DNA from: Candidatus Saccharimonadota bacterium
Lineage (GTDB): Bacteria > Patescibacteriota > Saccharimonadia > CAILAD01 > BJGX01
DNA length: 46,951 bases
NCBI GenBank assembly: GCA_016191105.1
Contig: JACPPH010000009.1
Coordinates: 1-46,951, forward strand
Direction: 5' to 3'
The position numbers and the translations under genes were made by a program. Shown here piece after piece: positions 16,968 to 25,198 of the stretch. The first letter of the stretch is position 1. Each line of letters opens with the position of its first letter. Under the pieces are notes generated by a model. That model did not search any database. It saw nothing but the letters and a program-made list of their open reading frames with translations, and was not told where the DNA came from.

Positions 16968-17011
16968 ACTTAAACCCAGTTTAGCATAAGCACTATAAAA
17001 TCATCAATCAG

Positions 17012-17266
17012 CTAAACTTTAAAGGTATTGAGCTGTTTTAGTAATCGATCTTGTTCCGAATATAGCTCGTCGTACTTTCGTGCCGTATATATTTTAGGGT
17101 CATATTCAGAATCCTCATTTTCTACCCGCGGCGAGTAATACAAGGCCAGCTCTTCTTTCACTTTTTTTAGCCTTGTTCGCACCTCGTCTCGTGTCATGTT
17201 GTATATATTATATACCCTCATAGCTCGCTCGCCTACTCTAAAACTAAAATAAACCTTCATCAGCAT
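17012..17266 (-). CDS. Small hypothetical protein (start uncertain)
   Basis: This is an open frame only. The product is charged and helical (MTRDEVRTRLKKVKEEL...). Confidence 0.35.
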   Translation of the reverse strand: MLMKVYFSFRVGERAMRVYNIYNMTRDEVRTRLKKVKEELALYYSPRVENEDSEYDPKIYTARKYDELYSEQDRLLKQLNTFKV

Positions 17267-17577
17267 CGTTTGTTGGAGAAGAAAAGTTCAAACAGCTCTA
17301 GGACGGAGGTAAGAACCGGCGTACGTATTGTTCTCGCAAGATTAACCACAACTGCCCAGAAAAGTACCTGCCAGAGAGTTCTTTGGTCAATCAGCTAGTT
17401 GGCATTAACCATTTACTGAAGGTGAGCAAAAAGAATGCTGAATCAGGGCTATTGCTAGCAATAGATAAATACGGCAAGATGATGCTATCATCTAGCCCAG
17501 AGCTGGATTAGTAAATGAGGATGATGCTCAACCAAGTACTGAACCCAAGGCATTACGGTCGCCTTTGGTGCACTACT

Positions 17578-17652
17578 TGGCTGGGGCGGTAGGATTCGAA
17601 CCTACGATCTCTTGAGCCAGAATCAAGCGCCTTACCACTTGGCCACGCCCCA
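17578..17652 (-). tRNA. tRNA-Gln (anticodon CUG), CCA encoded
   Basis: The reverse complement TGGGGCGTGGCCAAGTGGTAAGGCGCTTGATTCTGGCTCAAGAGATCGTAGGTTCGAATCCTACCGCCCCAGCCA folds as a cloverleaf. It has a U1-A72 pair as in E. coli tRNA-Gln, anticodon loop TTCTGGC and T-loop GGTTCGAATCC. Confidence 0.9.
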
Positions 17653-17866
17653 ACGTTTTAGCAAAGTTTTGGCTAATATAGCAAATATACCATTTGTTAT
17701 ATATGCTTTTACTTTACTACTCCACTTCGATTCAAATTTCTTCGACAATTTAAATCGGCTAGAATCTCATTCCTTTATCTTGCCATGAAATCACATAAGC
17801 ACAGCGAGCAATAGAACCTGTGTATTTTAACAAAAACGCAATCAATTTTCCAGATCTACACGCCTA

Positions 17867-18214
17867 ATGCTACAATGTATACATATGGATCCAATTGCAA
17901 AGATTGGCACTAAAAAGTTACTCAGAGTCGTTGGGCTAGTAGCCTTTTGTACGCTTTTGGGCGGCTCAATATTTTACCACTATACCGAGCGCCTCAGCTG
18001 GGTCGACAGTTTTTACTTTAGTACTGTTACCCTGGCTACGGTTGGCTATGGCGACATAGTACCCCGCACCAACACTGGCAAGATATTTACGATATTCTAT
18101 ATATTAGGCGGCATTGGCATAATCGTAGCTTTTGCTAACATTTTGGTTCGCCGGGCTGGTGAACGGGCGGTCGAAAAGGCCAAAAAACGTAAAGAAGAAA
18201 AAGCTAATAAGTAA
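17867..18214 (+). CDS. Two-TM potassium channel (minimal pore-only type)
   Basis: The selectivity filter TLATVGYGD is flanked by two hydrophobic helices. The protein is 115 aa long. Confidence 0.85.
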   Translation: MLQCIHMDPIAKIGTKKLLRVVGLVAFCTLLGGSIFYHYTERLSWVDSFYFSTVTLATVGYGDIVPRTNTGKIFTIFYILGGIGIIVAFANILVRRAGERAVEKAKKRKEEKANK

Positions 18215-18220
18215 TTTATA

Positions 18221-18269
18221 GCCAAAATGCGAAGGGCGGCTCCGGAGTCGAAACTCCAGAACCGCCCTT
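18221..18269 (-). terminator. Hairpin terminator at the end of the purH-C islet (possibly bidirectional)
   Basis: aagggcgg (18232-39) pairs with ccgccctt (18262-69), with an inner GGAG/CTCC stem. On the minus strand it is followed by TTCGCATTTTGG. Confidence 0.55.
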
Positions 18270-18316
18270 GCCGATATGAAACCACCAAGCGGAGTGTTGG
18301 GTGGCCCCACATAGAC

Positions 18317-18535
18317 TTATTCAGTTGTAGCCGATTCAGTTGGAACTTCCTCGGCCTGTCCGTTGCAGACGATGCAAGTCACCGATTCGATCACGTCCCT
18401 CAGAACCTCCGAATCCTCATCGTTGAACCCGTCGTCCTTGCCCAGCCCGAAGTGTCTAAACACTTTGGTTCGGACTGTGCGAACAACTTCGAAGTCGTTG
18501 CTGTTGCCGCACGGGCACTTGTAGCGAGTTGGCAT
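18317..18535 (-). CDS. Small (72 aa) putative zinc-ribbon protein downstream of the purH C-domain gene
   Basis: It has CPCG near the N-terminus and CIVC near the C-terminus. The ATG lies 9 nt after the purH-C stop, and the ORF is G+C-rich. Confidence 0.5.
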   Translation of the reverse strand: MPTRYKCPCGNSNDFEVVRTVRTKVFRHFGLGKDDGFNDEDSEVLRDVIESVTCIVCNGQAEEVPTESATTE

Positions 18536-18544
18536 CCGGCTCGC

Positions 18545-19540
18545 CTAGTGTTTGAAGTGGCGTTCGCCGGTGAAGACCATGGCAAGGCCATGCTCGTCGG
18601 CCGCGGCAATCACCTCGTCGTCGCGAATTGAGCCGCCGGGCTGGATCACCACAGCGGCGCCGGCCTCGACAGCGCCGTCGAGGCCGTCGGGGAACGGGAA
18701 GAACGCATCGCTGGCATACACGCCGCCTTTGGCTCGGCCGGCAGCCTTCTCACAGGCCAGATTGCCAGCATCACGTCGGTTCTGCTGACCACAGCCGATG
18801 CCGACGGCTTTCTGACCCATGACCAGAACGATGGCATTGCTAGTGGTTTTGGCAACCACTCGCCAGGCCATCTCGACATCTCGCCATTGCCACCTGGTCG
18901 GCCTCTTCTTGGTAACCACCCTCCAGGCCGAGGGATCAACCGTGACTGGATCAGGCGTCTGCACCAAGTAGCCACCGTCGATTGGCCTCATGATGTGAGG
19001 TGGCGGTGAGCCGGGTGGCTTGGCTTCGATCAGGCGCATGTCCTTCTTTTTGAGTAGAAGCTCTTTGGCGCCGTCTTCGAATCCCGGCACGATCATCACC
19101 TCGGTGAAGACCGACTTGATGGCCCTGGCAATACCCAGAGTCACCGGGCGGTTCAGAGCCACAATGCCGCCATAGGCAGACACTGGATCGCAGGCATGAG
19201 CCGCCTTGTAGGCAGCCGTGATGCTTCCCGCAATTGCCGCACCGCACGGGTTGGCATGCTTGATCACCACGGCTGTCGGGTCGTTGCCGAGAGACCAAGC
19301 CAGCCGCCAGGCCGCATCGGCATCAGCGACGTTGAGAAAGCTCATTTCCTTGCCGCCATGTTGCACGGCTGTGTTCCACCAGCCACCCTTCCCACCCACT
19401 ACCGAATAGCGAGCGCCGAGCTGATGTGGGTTCTCGCCGTAACGCAGCACCTCATTGCGCTTCAGCGTGATCGTGATCTCTTCGGGCAGCTGCTCGTCGA
19501 TGTTGGCCTTTTCGTCGTTGGTTTCGTCGGTCTTGCTCAT
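18545..19540 (-). CDS. purH: Stand-alone AICAR transformylase (PurH C-terminal domain only)
   Basis: [39 protein letters not shown] and [34 protein letters not shown] are colinear with the C domain of E. coli PurH. SD GAGGAGGGG precedes the start. The gene is G+C-rich. Confidence 0.9.
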   Translation of the reverse strand: MSKTDETNDEKANIDEQLPEEITITLKRNEVLRYGENPHQLGARYSVVGGKGGWWNTAVQHGGKEMSFLNVADADAAWRLAWSLGNDPTAVVIKHANPCGAAIAGSITAAYKAAHACDPVSAYGGIVALNRPVTLGIARAIKSVFTEVMIVPGFEDGAKELLLKKKDMRLIEAKPPGSPPPHIMRPIDGGYLVQTPDPVTVDPSAWRVVTKKRPTRWQWRDVEMAWRVVAKTTSNAIVLVMGQKAVGIGCGQQNRRDAGNLACEKAAGRAKGGVYASDAFFPFPDGLDGAVEAGAAVVIQPGGSIRDDEVIAAADEHGLAMVFTGERHFKH

Positions 19541-19641
19541 TGCATCCCCTCCTCGGGTTGTCCTTGGAACGTTTAGCGAAGTTTATCGCCACCATAATTC
19601 TGTCATCGCACCAGTAATAACTCAAGCTCAAGCGGCTTTGG

Positions 19642-20316
19642 CTAAAAGTCGGTTAAGTCAGCTCTATTGGCTTTGGTCTTTACTACCGACTGCTCGGTGC
19701 GCCACCTTTTAATCTCTACATGATTACCACCCTTAAGAATCTCTGGCACCTTCATGCCCCGAAATTCATCAGGCCGCGTGTATTGTGGATATTCTAGCAG
19801 GCCTTGGCTAAATGATTCTTCTTCGGGGCTGGCCTTGTCGCCCAACACACCAGGAATTAGGCGCACCACTGAATCAACCAGCACCATGGCTGGTAGTTCG
19901 CCGCCGGTCAGCACATAGTCGCCGATCGAAATCTCTTGGTCAACAATCTCCATTATTCTTTCATCGAAACCTTCGTAGTGGCCACACAGAATAATCAAAT
20001 CACTCTCTTTACTCAATAATTTTACGGTTAACTGAGTGAGCTTTTTGCCACGCGGGCTCATCATAATAACTTTGGCCTTTGGCGCTTTCTTCTTCACACT
20101 CTCAACCGCAGCAAAGACTGGCTCAGGCTTGAGCACCATGCCAGCCCCGCCACCATAGGGCGTATCGTCAACCGTTTTGCGTGATCCTAATCCAAAATCG
20201 CGCAGATTCACGAGTTCGATCTGCGCCAACTTTCTTTCCCGAGCCTTCCAGATCATGCTGTGGGCAAACGGCCCCTCAAACATTTCTGGAAAGAGTGTAA
20301 CGATAAATATTTTCAT
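19642..20316 (-). CDS. trmD: tRNA (guanine37-N1)-methyltransferase
   Basis: It starts MKIFIVTLFPEMF and contains the GGGAGMV and YEGFDERI motifs. Confidence 0.9.
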   Translation of the reverse strand: MKIFIVTLFPEMFEGPFAHSMIWKARERKLAQIELVNLRDFGLGSRKTVDDTPYGGGAGMVLKPEPVFAAVESVKKKAPKAKVIMMSPRGKKLTQLTVKLLSKESDLIILCGHYEGFDERIMEIVDQEISIGDYVLTGGELPAMVLVDSVVRLIPGVLGDKASPEEESFSQGLLEYPQYTRPDEFRGMKVPEILKGGNHVEIKRWRTEQSVVKTKANRADLTDF

Positions 20317-20539
20317 TTGTAGTAATTATACCTTTTTTGTTGATCGCCGGCATTAAAGCAATCGGCAATTAAGAATAGTTTTAGCGCTCTATCTTCGAGG
20401 ACTGCCTGAGTCTGCCTACTGGCGGACGAGTTCCGCAGAACAAGAAGTTAAACTATTTGAATGCTGCTAGCATTGCGTCCATGCCAGAAGTTTTGCTTCT
20501 TTGGCTACAAAGAAGTGCTGGCTGCACAAGCCGTAGACT

Positions 20540-20564
20540 GGATTCCTGCCTACGCAGGAATGAC
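20540..20564. repeat. Short intergenic hairpin element ending in CAGGAATGAC
   Basis: The sequence is ggattcctgc-ctac-gcaggaatgac, with a perfect 8-bp stem ATTCCTGC/GCAGGAAT. Confidence 0.55.
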
Positions 20565-20577
20565 AAAATGCGGGTGT

Positions 20578-20988
20578 TTACACGTCCAAATCGAGGTCTT
20601 CGAGGCCTTCTCTGGCTTTGGCCTTAATATCCTCGGCTTTGTTCTCAGACGTGTCTTCTTCGGCAGCTGGCTCGGCTGCCGCCTCTTGCTCGGCCTCTTC
20701 GTTGGCCTCCTCAACCTCTTCTTTTACCGGACGTTCAGAGCCTTCTGGTTCAACAATCTTTAAGTTAAAACGAGCATCGTTTTTGGCACCAAGCACACGT
20801 AATAGGGTGCGAATCGATTTGGCTGTGGCACCACTTTTACCAATAATTTTGCCCATGTCTTCGGGGTCGACCGTGAGCTCTAAAAGCACGCCACGTTCAT
20901 CGACGCTGCGACTAATTTCGACTTTGTCGGGCTTATCGACTATTGCCTTTACAACGAATTCTACAAATTCCTGATCAATGTCGGCCAT
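20578..20988 (-). CDS. KH-domain RNA-binding protein (YlqC/UPF0109-like) with an acidic C-terminal tail
   Basis: It has the MGKIIGKSGATAKSIRTLL GXXG KH core and sits between rpsP and trmD. Confidence 0.8.
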   Translation of the reverse strand: MADIDQEFVEFVVKAIVDKPDKVEISRSVDERGVLLELTVDPEDMGKIIGKSGATAKSIRTLLRVLGAKNDARFNLKIVEPEGSERPVKEEVEEANEEAEQEAAAEPAAEEDTSENKAEDIKAKAREGLEDLDLDV

Positions 20989-21064
20989 TGGGAGAGTCTC
21001 CTTATTAATCTTTACTGATATTGTAGACGTAAAAGTTCTATTTGGCTAGTGCTTACTTTTGGTG

Positions 21065-21568
21065 CTAAGCCTTAGCTTCTTTGTCGGCTTTGGCGGCCGC
21101 GTCGGCTACGTCTTCGGTAGCTTTTTTGACATCTTCGACAACTTTCTCTTCTGTGGCTGCTGTTTCTGGGGCATCGACTGTGGCAGCTTTGGCCTCAGCG
21201 TTTTCTTGCGTGGCTTCAGCCACTTCGGCTTCTCCACCAGCTGGCGGATTTTCGGGTTTGGCTACTGCTTCGTCTTTCTTTTCTTCGCTCTTTTTAGACT
21301 TCTTATTGCGATCATGAATCCCGGCCCATTTGGGCAGATCAACGCCATTAGCTTTCAAAATCCGAAGTACACGATCTGAGGCCTGAGCTCCATTTTGCAG
21401 ATACTTGGCAATCTCGTCTTTGTCGAGTTTTACCTCTTTGGTGTGTGGGTTGTAAGTACCCAAAACCGCCAAAAACTTGCCTGTAGCAGCCCGGCGCTTA
21501 TCGGCTGCTACAATTCGGTATAACGCATATTTATTTCGGCCCACTCGGGACAAACGAATTACTACCAT
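21065..21568 (-). CDS. rpsP: 30S ribosomal protein S16 with a K/E/A-rich C-terminal extension
   Basis: It starts MVVIRLSRVGRNKYALYRIVAADKR. Confidence 0.9.
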   Translation of the reverse strand: MVVIRLSRVGRNKYALYRIVAADKRRAATGKFLAVLGTYNPHTKEVKLDKDEIAKYLQNGAQASDRVLRILKANGVDLPKWAGIHDRNKKSKKSEEKKDEAVAKPENPPAGGEAEVAEATQENAEAKAATVDAPETAATEEKVVEDVKKATEDVADAAAKADKEAKA

Positions 21569-21667
21569 ATACTCCTTAAGTTAAAGTGTAGGTTTAAAAA
21601 CAATGAGGTTAATTGTAGTTGAACTAACCTGAAAAGTCAAGGGTCTACAGGTGGGGCTGAGGAAGGC

Positions 21668-22357
21668 CTATTTTTCGTACTTTTCGAGCGCCTTGGCGGC
21701 GGCGGCCTGTTGGGCAGCCTGTTTACTGCTGCCGCCACCCTTGCCAAGCAGTTTTTTGCCCAAGTAAACACCCATTATAAACTGCTTGTCGTGATCTGGG
21801 CCAGACTCCTCGAGCACCTGGTAGCTAGGGGTAATGCCGTCCCGCTCCTGCGCGATCTCCTGAAAATGACTTTTGGCATCAATATGGGCGCCCTCTTTTA
21901 AAATTCCAGGGAGCTTTACAATTATATGATCATGAATAAACTTACTTGCAGCATCGTAGCCGGTGTCCATATAAATGGCTCCGAGCGTGGCCTCAACTAG
22001 GTTGGCCAAAAGAGCTACCCGGTTTCGGCCGCCGCTTTTAGCCTCGCCGCGACTCATGAGCAGATATTGGCCTAGGCCTAAGATCTCGGCCAGTTCGGCT
22101 AGACTCTCAGTTTTTACCAGAGCCGATCGCCAGCTGGTTAGTTCGCCTTCGGGTTTGTCGGGATAGCTGCAGAATAAATAGTCGGTAACTACCAATTCGA
22201 GCACAGCATCGCCCAAAAACTCCAATCGCTCATTGTGTTCAATTTTGGCTCGACGGTGCTCATTAAGATAGCTTCGGTGGGTAAAAGCCGTTTTTACTAG
22301 TTCGGCATCTTTAAACTTTATGCCCAGCACTTTTTCAACTTCGGCTTGATTAAACAC
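21668..22357 (-). CDS. rnc: Ribonuclease III
   Basis: It has the NERLEFLGDAVLE signature and a C-terminal dsRBD. Confidence 0.9.
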   Translation of the reverse strand: MFNQAEVEKVLGIKFKDAELVKTAFTHRSYLNEHRRAKIEHNERLEFLGDAVLELVVTDYLFCSYPDKPEGELTSWRSALVKTESLAELAEILGLGQYLLMSRGEAKSGGRNRVALLANLVEATLGAIYMDTGYDAASKFIHDHIIVKLPGILKEGAHIDAKSHFQEIAQERDGITPSYQVLEESGPDHDKQFIMGVYLGKKLLGKGGGSSKQAAQQAAAAKALEKYEK

Positions 22358-22961
22358 GGGCTTTGGCCTCCAGACGATTAATAGCTTCTCGCAAAATTAC
22401 TCTTGTTGCTTTGTATTCCAGTATCTCATAAGCTTTTTCGGCTTCAAACCACTTAACAGCCACTATGCCTTCGGAGTTTTCTGGCACCACTGCCTCGGTG
22501 TGATCGAGTGATTCGATCATGAATACAAAGGTTGTCATAAATATCAGCTTGCCATTCATGCGATAAAAAAAGTGAATCTTGTCGAGTTTCTCAACAATCT
22601 TAAGCTCGTGCAGACCGGTTTCTTCGCCAATTTCACGCAGCGCAGTTTGCTCTAGGGTTTCGCCCGATTCAACATGGCCTTTTGGAATACTCCAGCGGCC
22701 TTTTACATCTTGCAGCAAGAGCACCTGGAGTTCGCCATCGACAAAGCGATAAACAATGCCGCCGGCCGTATACTCACGGATGGCTTTGGCGCGATTGTTG
22801 TTTTGGCTTGGCTTGCGCCGGCGCCTATTTGGCTTCTGCTTGTTGCTCGGAGTCGTCTGTTGAATCTGTGGAGTCGGTTTTGGTTTTTGACTCTGGTTTG
22901 GATTCGGACTTGTCTGGAGTGTTGGCTTCGGCCTTAGCTTTTTTGTCTTCTTCTGGTTCAT
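22350..22961 (-). CDS. NUDIX hydrolase with a basic low-complexity N-terminus (start uncertain: 22961, 23000 or 23030)
   Basis: It has the Nudix box [23 protein letters not shown]. No in-frame start codon lies downstream of the nusB stop, so it must overlap nusB. Confidence 0.75.
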   Translation of the reverse strand: MNQKKTKKLRPKPTLQTSPNPNQSQKPKPTPQIQQTTPSNKQKPNRRRRKPSQNNNRAKAIREYTAGGIVYRFVDGELQVLLLQDVKGRWSIPKGHVESGETLEQTALREIGEETGLHELKIVEKLDKIHFFYRMNGKLIFMTTFVFMIESLDHTEAVVPENSEGIVAVKWFEAEKAYEILEYKATRVILREAINRLEAKARV

Positions 22962-23394
22962 AAAAATCACTCTTTCGATAAATCGTACCCAGCACGCCAT
23001 TAATAAACTTGCTGGAGTTTTCGCCACCAAAGGCCTTGGCTAACTCCACAGCTTCGTTAATGGCAACTTTGGGCGGAACATCGCGCTTAAGCATTAGTTC
23101 GTAAATACTCATACGCAATATGGCTTTGTCGACCTTGGCAATTTGTTCAATCGGCCATTCTGGTGCTGCCGGTGTAATTATGTCGTCAATCTTCTTTTGG
23201 TCTCGAATGGTGCCGCGCACAAGATCCTCGATAAAATCTTTCTCACCGGCAGCATCTTCGTAAACGGCAATGTTACGGGCCAGGATCTCGTCGATACTGG
23301 TCTTGAGTTCGGTCATTTCCAAGGCACTGCGAAAGTCGTATTCGTATAGACTCTGTAAGGCAATTATTCGACATAAATGGCGATTGCTGGCCAT
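22825..23394 (-). CDS. nusB: Transcription antitermination factor NusB with an acidic low-complexity C-terminal tail
   Basis: It has [13 protein letters not shown] and [26 protein letters not shown]. Confidence 0.85.
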   Translation of the reverse strand: MASNRHLCRIIALQSLYEYDFRSALEMTELKTSIDEILARNIAVYEDAAGEKDFIEDLVRGTIRDQKKIDDIITPAAPEWPIEQIAKVDKAILRMSIYELMLKRDVPPKVAINEAVELAKAFGGENSSKFINGVLGTIYRKSDFYEPEEDKKAKAEANTPDKSESKPESKTKTDSTDSTDDSEQQAEAK

Positions 23395-23399
23395 TACTG

Positions 23400-23570
23400 T
23401 TAACTGGCTTTGCGGACTCTTGCCATATTGAGAGCAGCTGCCTTGTGCAATCTGCGCGGCAAGTTAGTTTTACTGTTTTTCTCGTACATCAACTGCACTG
23501 CTGCCAAGCTGTCGTGACTCCGACGCTGGCCGCGAGTAGCACTAGTGCGACGTTTTTTGGGTACAGGCAT
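23400..23570 (-). CDS. rpmF: 50S ribosomal protein L32 (56 aa, no Cys zinc motif), absent from the ORF track
   Basis: My hand translation is [25 protein letters not shown]..., which matches the L32 N-terminal signature (VPKKRTS...RRSHD.L). AGGAGG lies 7 nt upstream. Confidence 0.8.
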   Translation of the reverse strand: MPVPKKRRTSATRGQRRSHDSLAAVQLMYEKNSKTNLPRRLHKAAALNMARVRKAS

Positions 23571-23786
23571 GAGCATGCCTCCTTTTATTTGATCTAACCA
23601 TGCTAGTGATTGAGCGCTTATCTCGCTTCAGCGAGATGTCTATTGCCCCAATTGCATACTTAAATAATTACGATGCAATTTGGGATCTGTGACACGATGT
23701 CGGGTTTTATTGATTTTTTGCGACACCGAATGCTCTATTTGAAGCATTTCGCTAATCATTCTAGCACTTTTTGGGCTATTTAGCAA

Positions 23787-24314
23787 CTACTTATCGGCCG
23801 GGCGTACCATCTCTACGGTGGGCATCTTATCGTGGTGCAGAGGTAACTCTTTATCGGTTTTAGCAAAACCGTATCTCTGGTAAAAGCGTAGTGCTCTATC
23901 GTTGTAAGCAGCAGCTGCCAGTTTTGAAGGTTTGGCCGGATCCAGCCAGGCTAAGAAACCATCCATAAGCTCGTTAGCAATTCCGCTGCCTTTAGCAGAA
24001 TCTAATAGGTAGATCGCCTGCAGATCATTAAACTCATCTATTTTTTCGGCAATAAAAAAGCCAACTACCTCACCAGCTTTGTTCTTAACAACCTTATACA
24101 TAACTTTTTCTGGATTGGCCTGGGCTTCGGCTATGCGCTTACGTCGAAACTCGTTACCCTCTTCTTTGGCGACCTTGCCCATTTTTTCATTAATAAATGC
24201 AGAATTAATTCCAAGCTCGTGATTTATATAGGTCTCGTGCCAAGATTTTAAATGCATCGGCCCTATAGCAACCGCGTCATTTTGCGTTGCGTCTGAAACT
24301 GTATATTCGCTCAT
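23787..24314 (-). CDS. GNAT family N-acetyltransferase
   Basis: It has a DSAKGSGIANELM (Q/RxxGxG/A-like) motif and the RFYQRYGF ending typical of GNAT. The junction with the upstream gene is ATGA. Confidence 0.75.
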   Translation of the reverse strand: MSEYTVSDATQNDAVAIGPMHLKSWHETYINHELGINSAFINEKMGKVAKEEGNEFRRKRIAEAQANPEKVMYKVVKNKAGEVVGFFIAEKIDEFNDLQAIYLLDSAKGSGIANELMDGFLAWLDPAKPSKLAAAAYNDRALRFYQRYGFAKTDKELPLHHDKMPTVEMVRPADK

Positions 24315-25198
24315 TGCTTGGTAATCATCCTTAATACCGCTTGGCCAGTCGACCCTCTGACTGGCCCCATGGGTATTGTGTTGTAATCCAGACCCAGCTG
24401 TTCTTTGAGTTCGTTAAACTCTGAGTCTGCATAGGATAGCCGGTCTGTAATTTCCGACCGACCCGACACCGTATCTACCACCATGTCAGCTAGCGAATCT
24501 TTCCAGCTGGCATAGCTCCTTAAAACATCGCCATGGCTGCCAGTAACAAAGCCGTCCATGTAGACGCCGGGGGATTTTAGGGTCCGCGATAGTTCAGTAA
24601 TAAAATCAATTGATTTTGTTCGGTCAAGCGAGAAAATCAGTCCGCAACTAGTAACAAGATCGAAACTCTCATCTCTAAAAGGCAACCTGGTTACGTCGGC
24701 TGCAACCAGCCCAATCTTATTTTTTGTTCTCTCGCGGGCAATAGTGAGAAACTCTGTGCTTCGATCGAGCCCTGCAAAAGAATCACAAAAACCCGCTAGC
24801 CTCTTTGCCAACACACCGGTGCCCGTACCCAAATCAATGCCTTGGCCAAGTTTTGCCCGGTGTCTATTTATAACCTTTTGCATAAAGTCAGTGATGCTCT
24901 CTACAATTGTTGGGCTGCTGAAACCATAAAGCTCATCAAACCAGAGCTTGCCAGTAGGGCTGGGCTCTAGCGTCTGTAAATAGCGTTCCACTGGCGTATC
25001 TAAATGACGAACTGCCTCTGCAAAACCAATGAGTTGGTCGGCCGATATGCCTCTTAGGCCTTTTTCTAAACCCCTTTCTTCTGACTCTCGTGCTAGTGCA
25101 TAAACTGTTTGCCAAGTTTGTTCGTTCTCTACATCGGCAGTTTCTAAAAACTCCTGGCGCTTTTCTGGCGTAGTATCGGCAGAATATAGTTCACTCAT
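24311..25198 (-). CDS. Class I SAM-dependent methyltransferase
   Basis: It has motif I IDLGTGTGVLA, the acidic GLDRS after beta2 and FDLVTSCG. The junction with leuS is ATGA. Confidence 0.8.
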   Translation of the reverse strand: MSELYSADTTPEKRQEFLETADVENEQTWQTVYALARESEERGLEKGLRGISADQLIGFAEAVRHLDTPVERYLQTLEPSPTGKLWFDELYGFSSPTIVESITDFMQKVINRHRAKLGQGIDLGTGTGVLAKRLAGFCDSFAGLDRSTEFLTIARERTKNKIGLVAADVTRLPFRDESFDLVTSCGLIFSLDRTKSIDFITELSRTLKSPGVYMDGFVTGSHGDVLRSYASWKDSLADMVVDTVSGRSEITDRLSYADSEFNELKEQLGLDYNTIPMGPVRGSTGQAVLRMITKQ

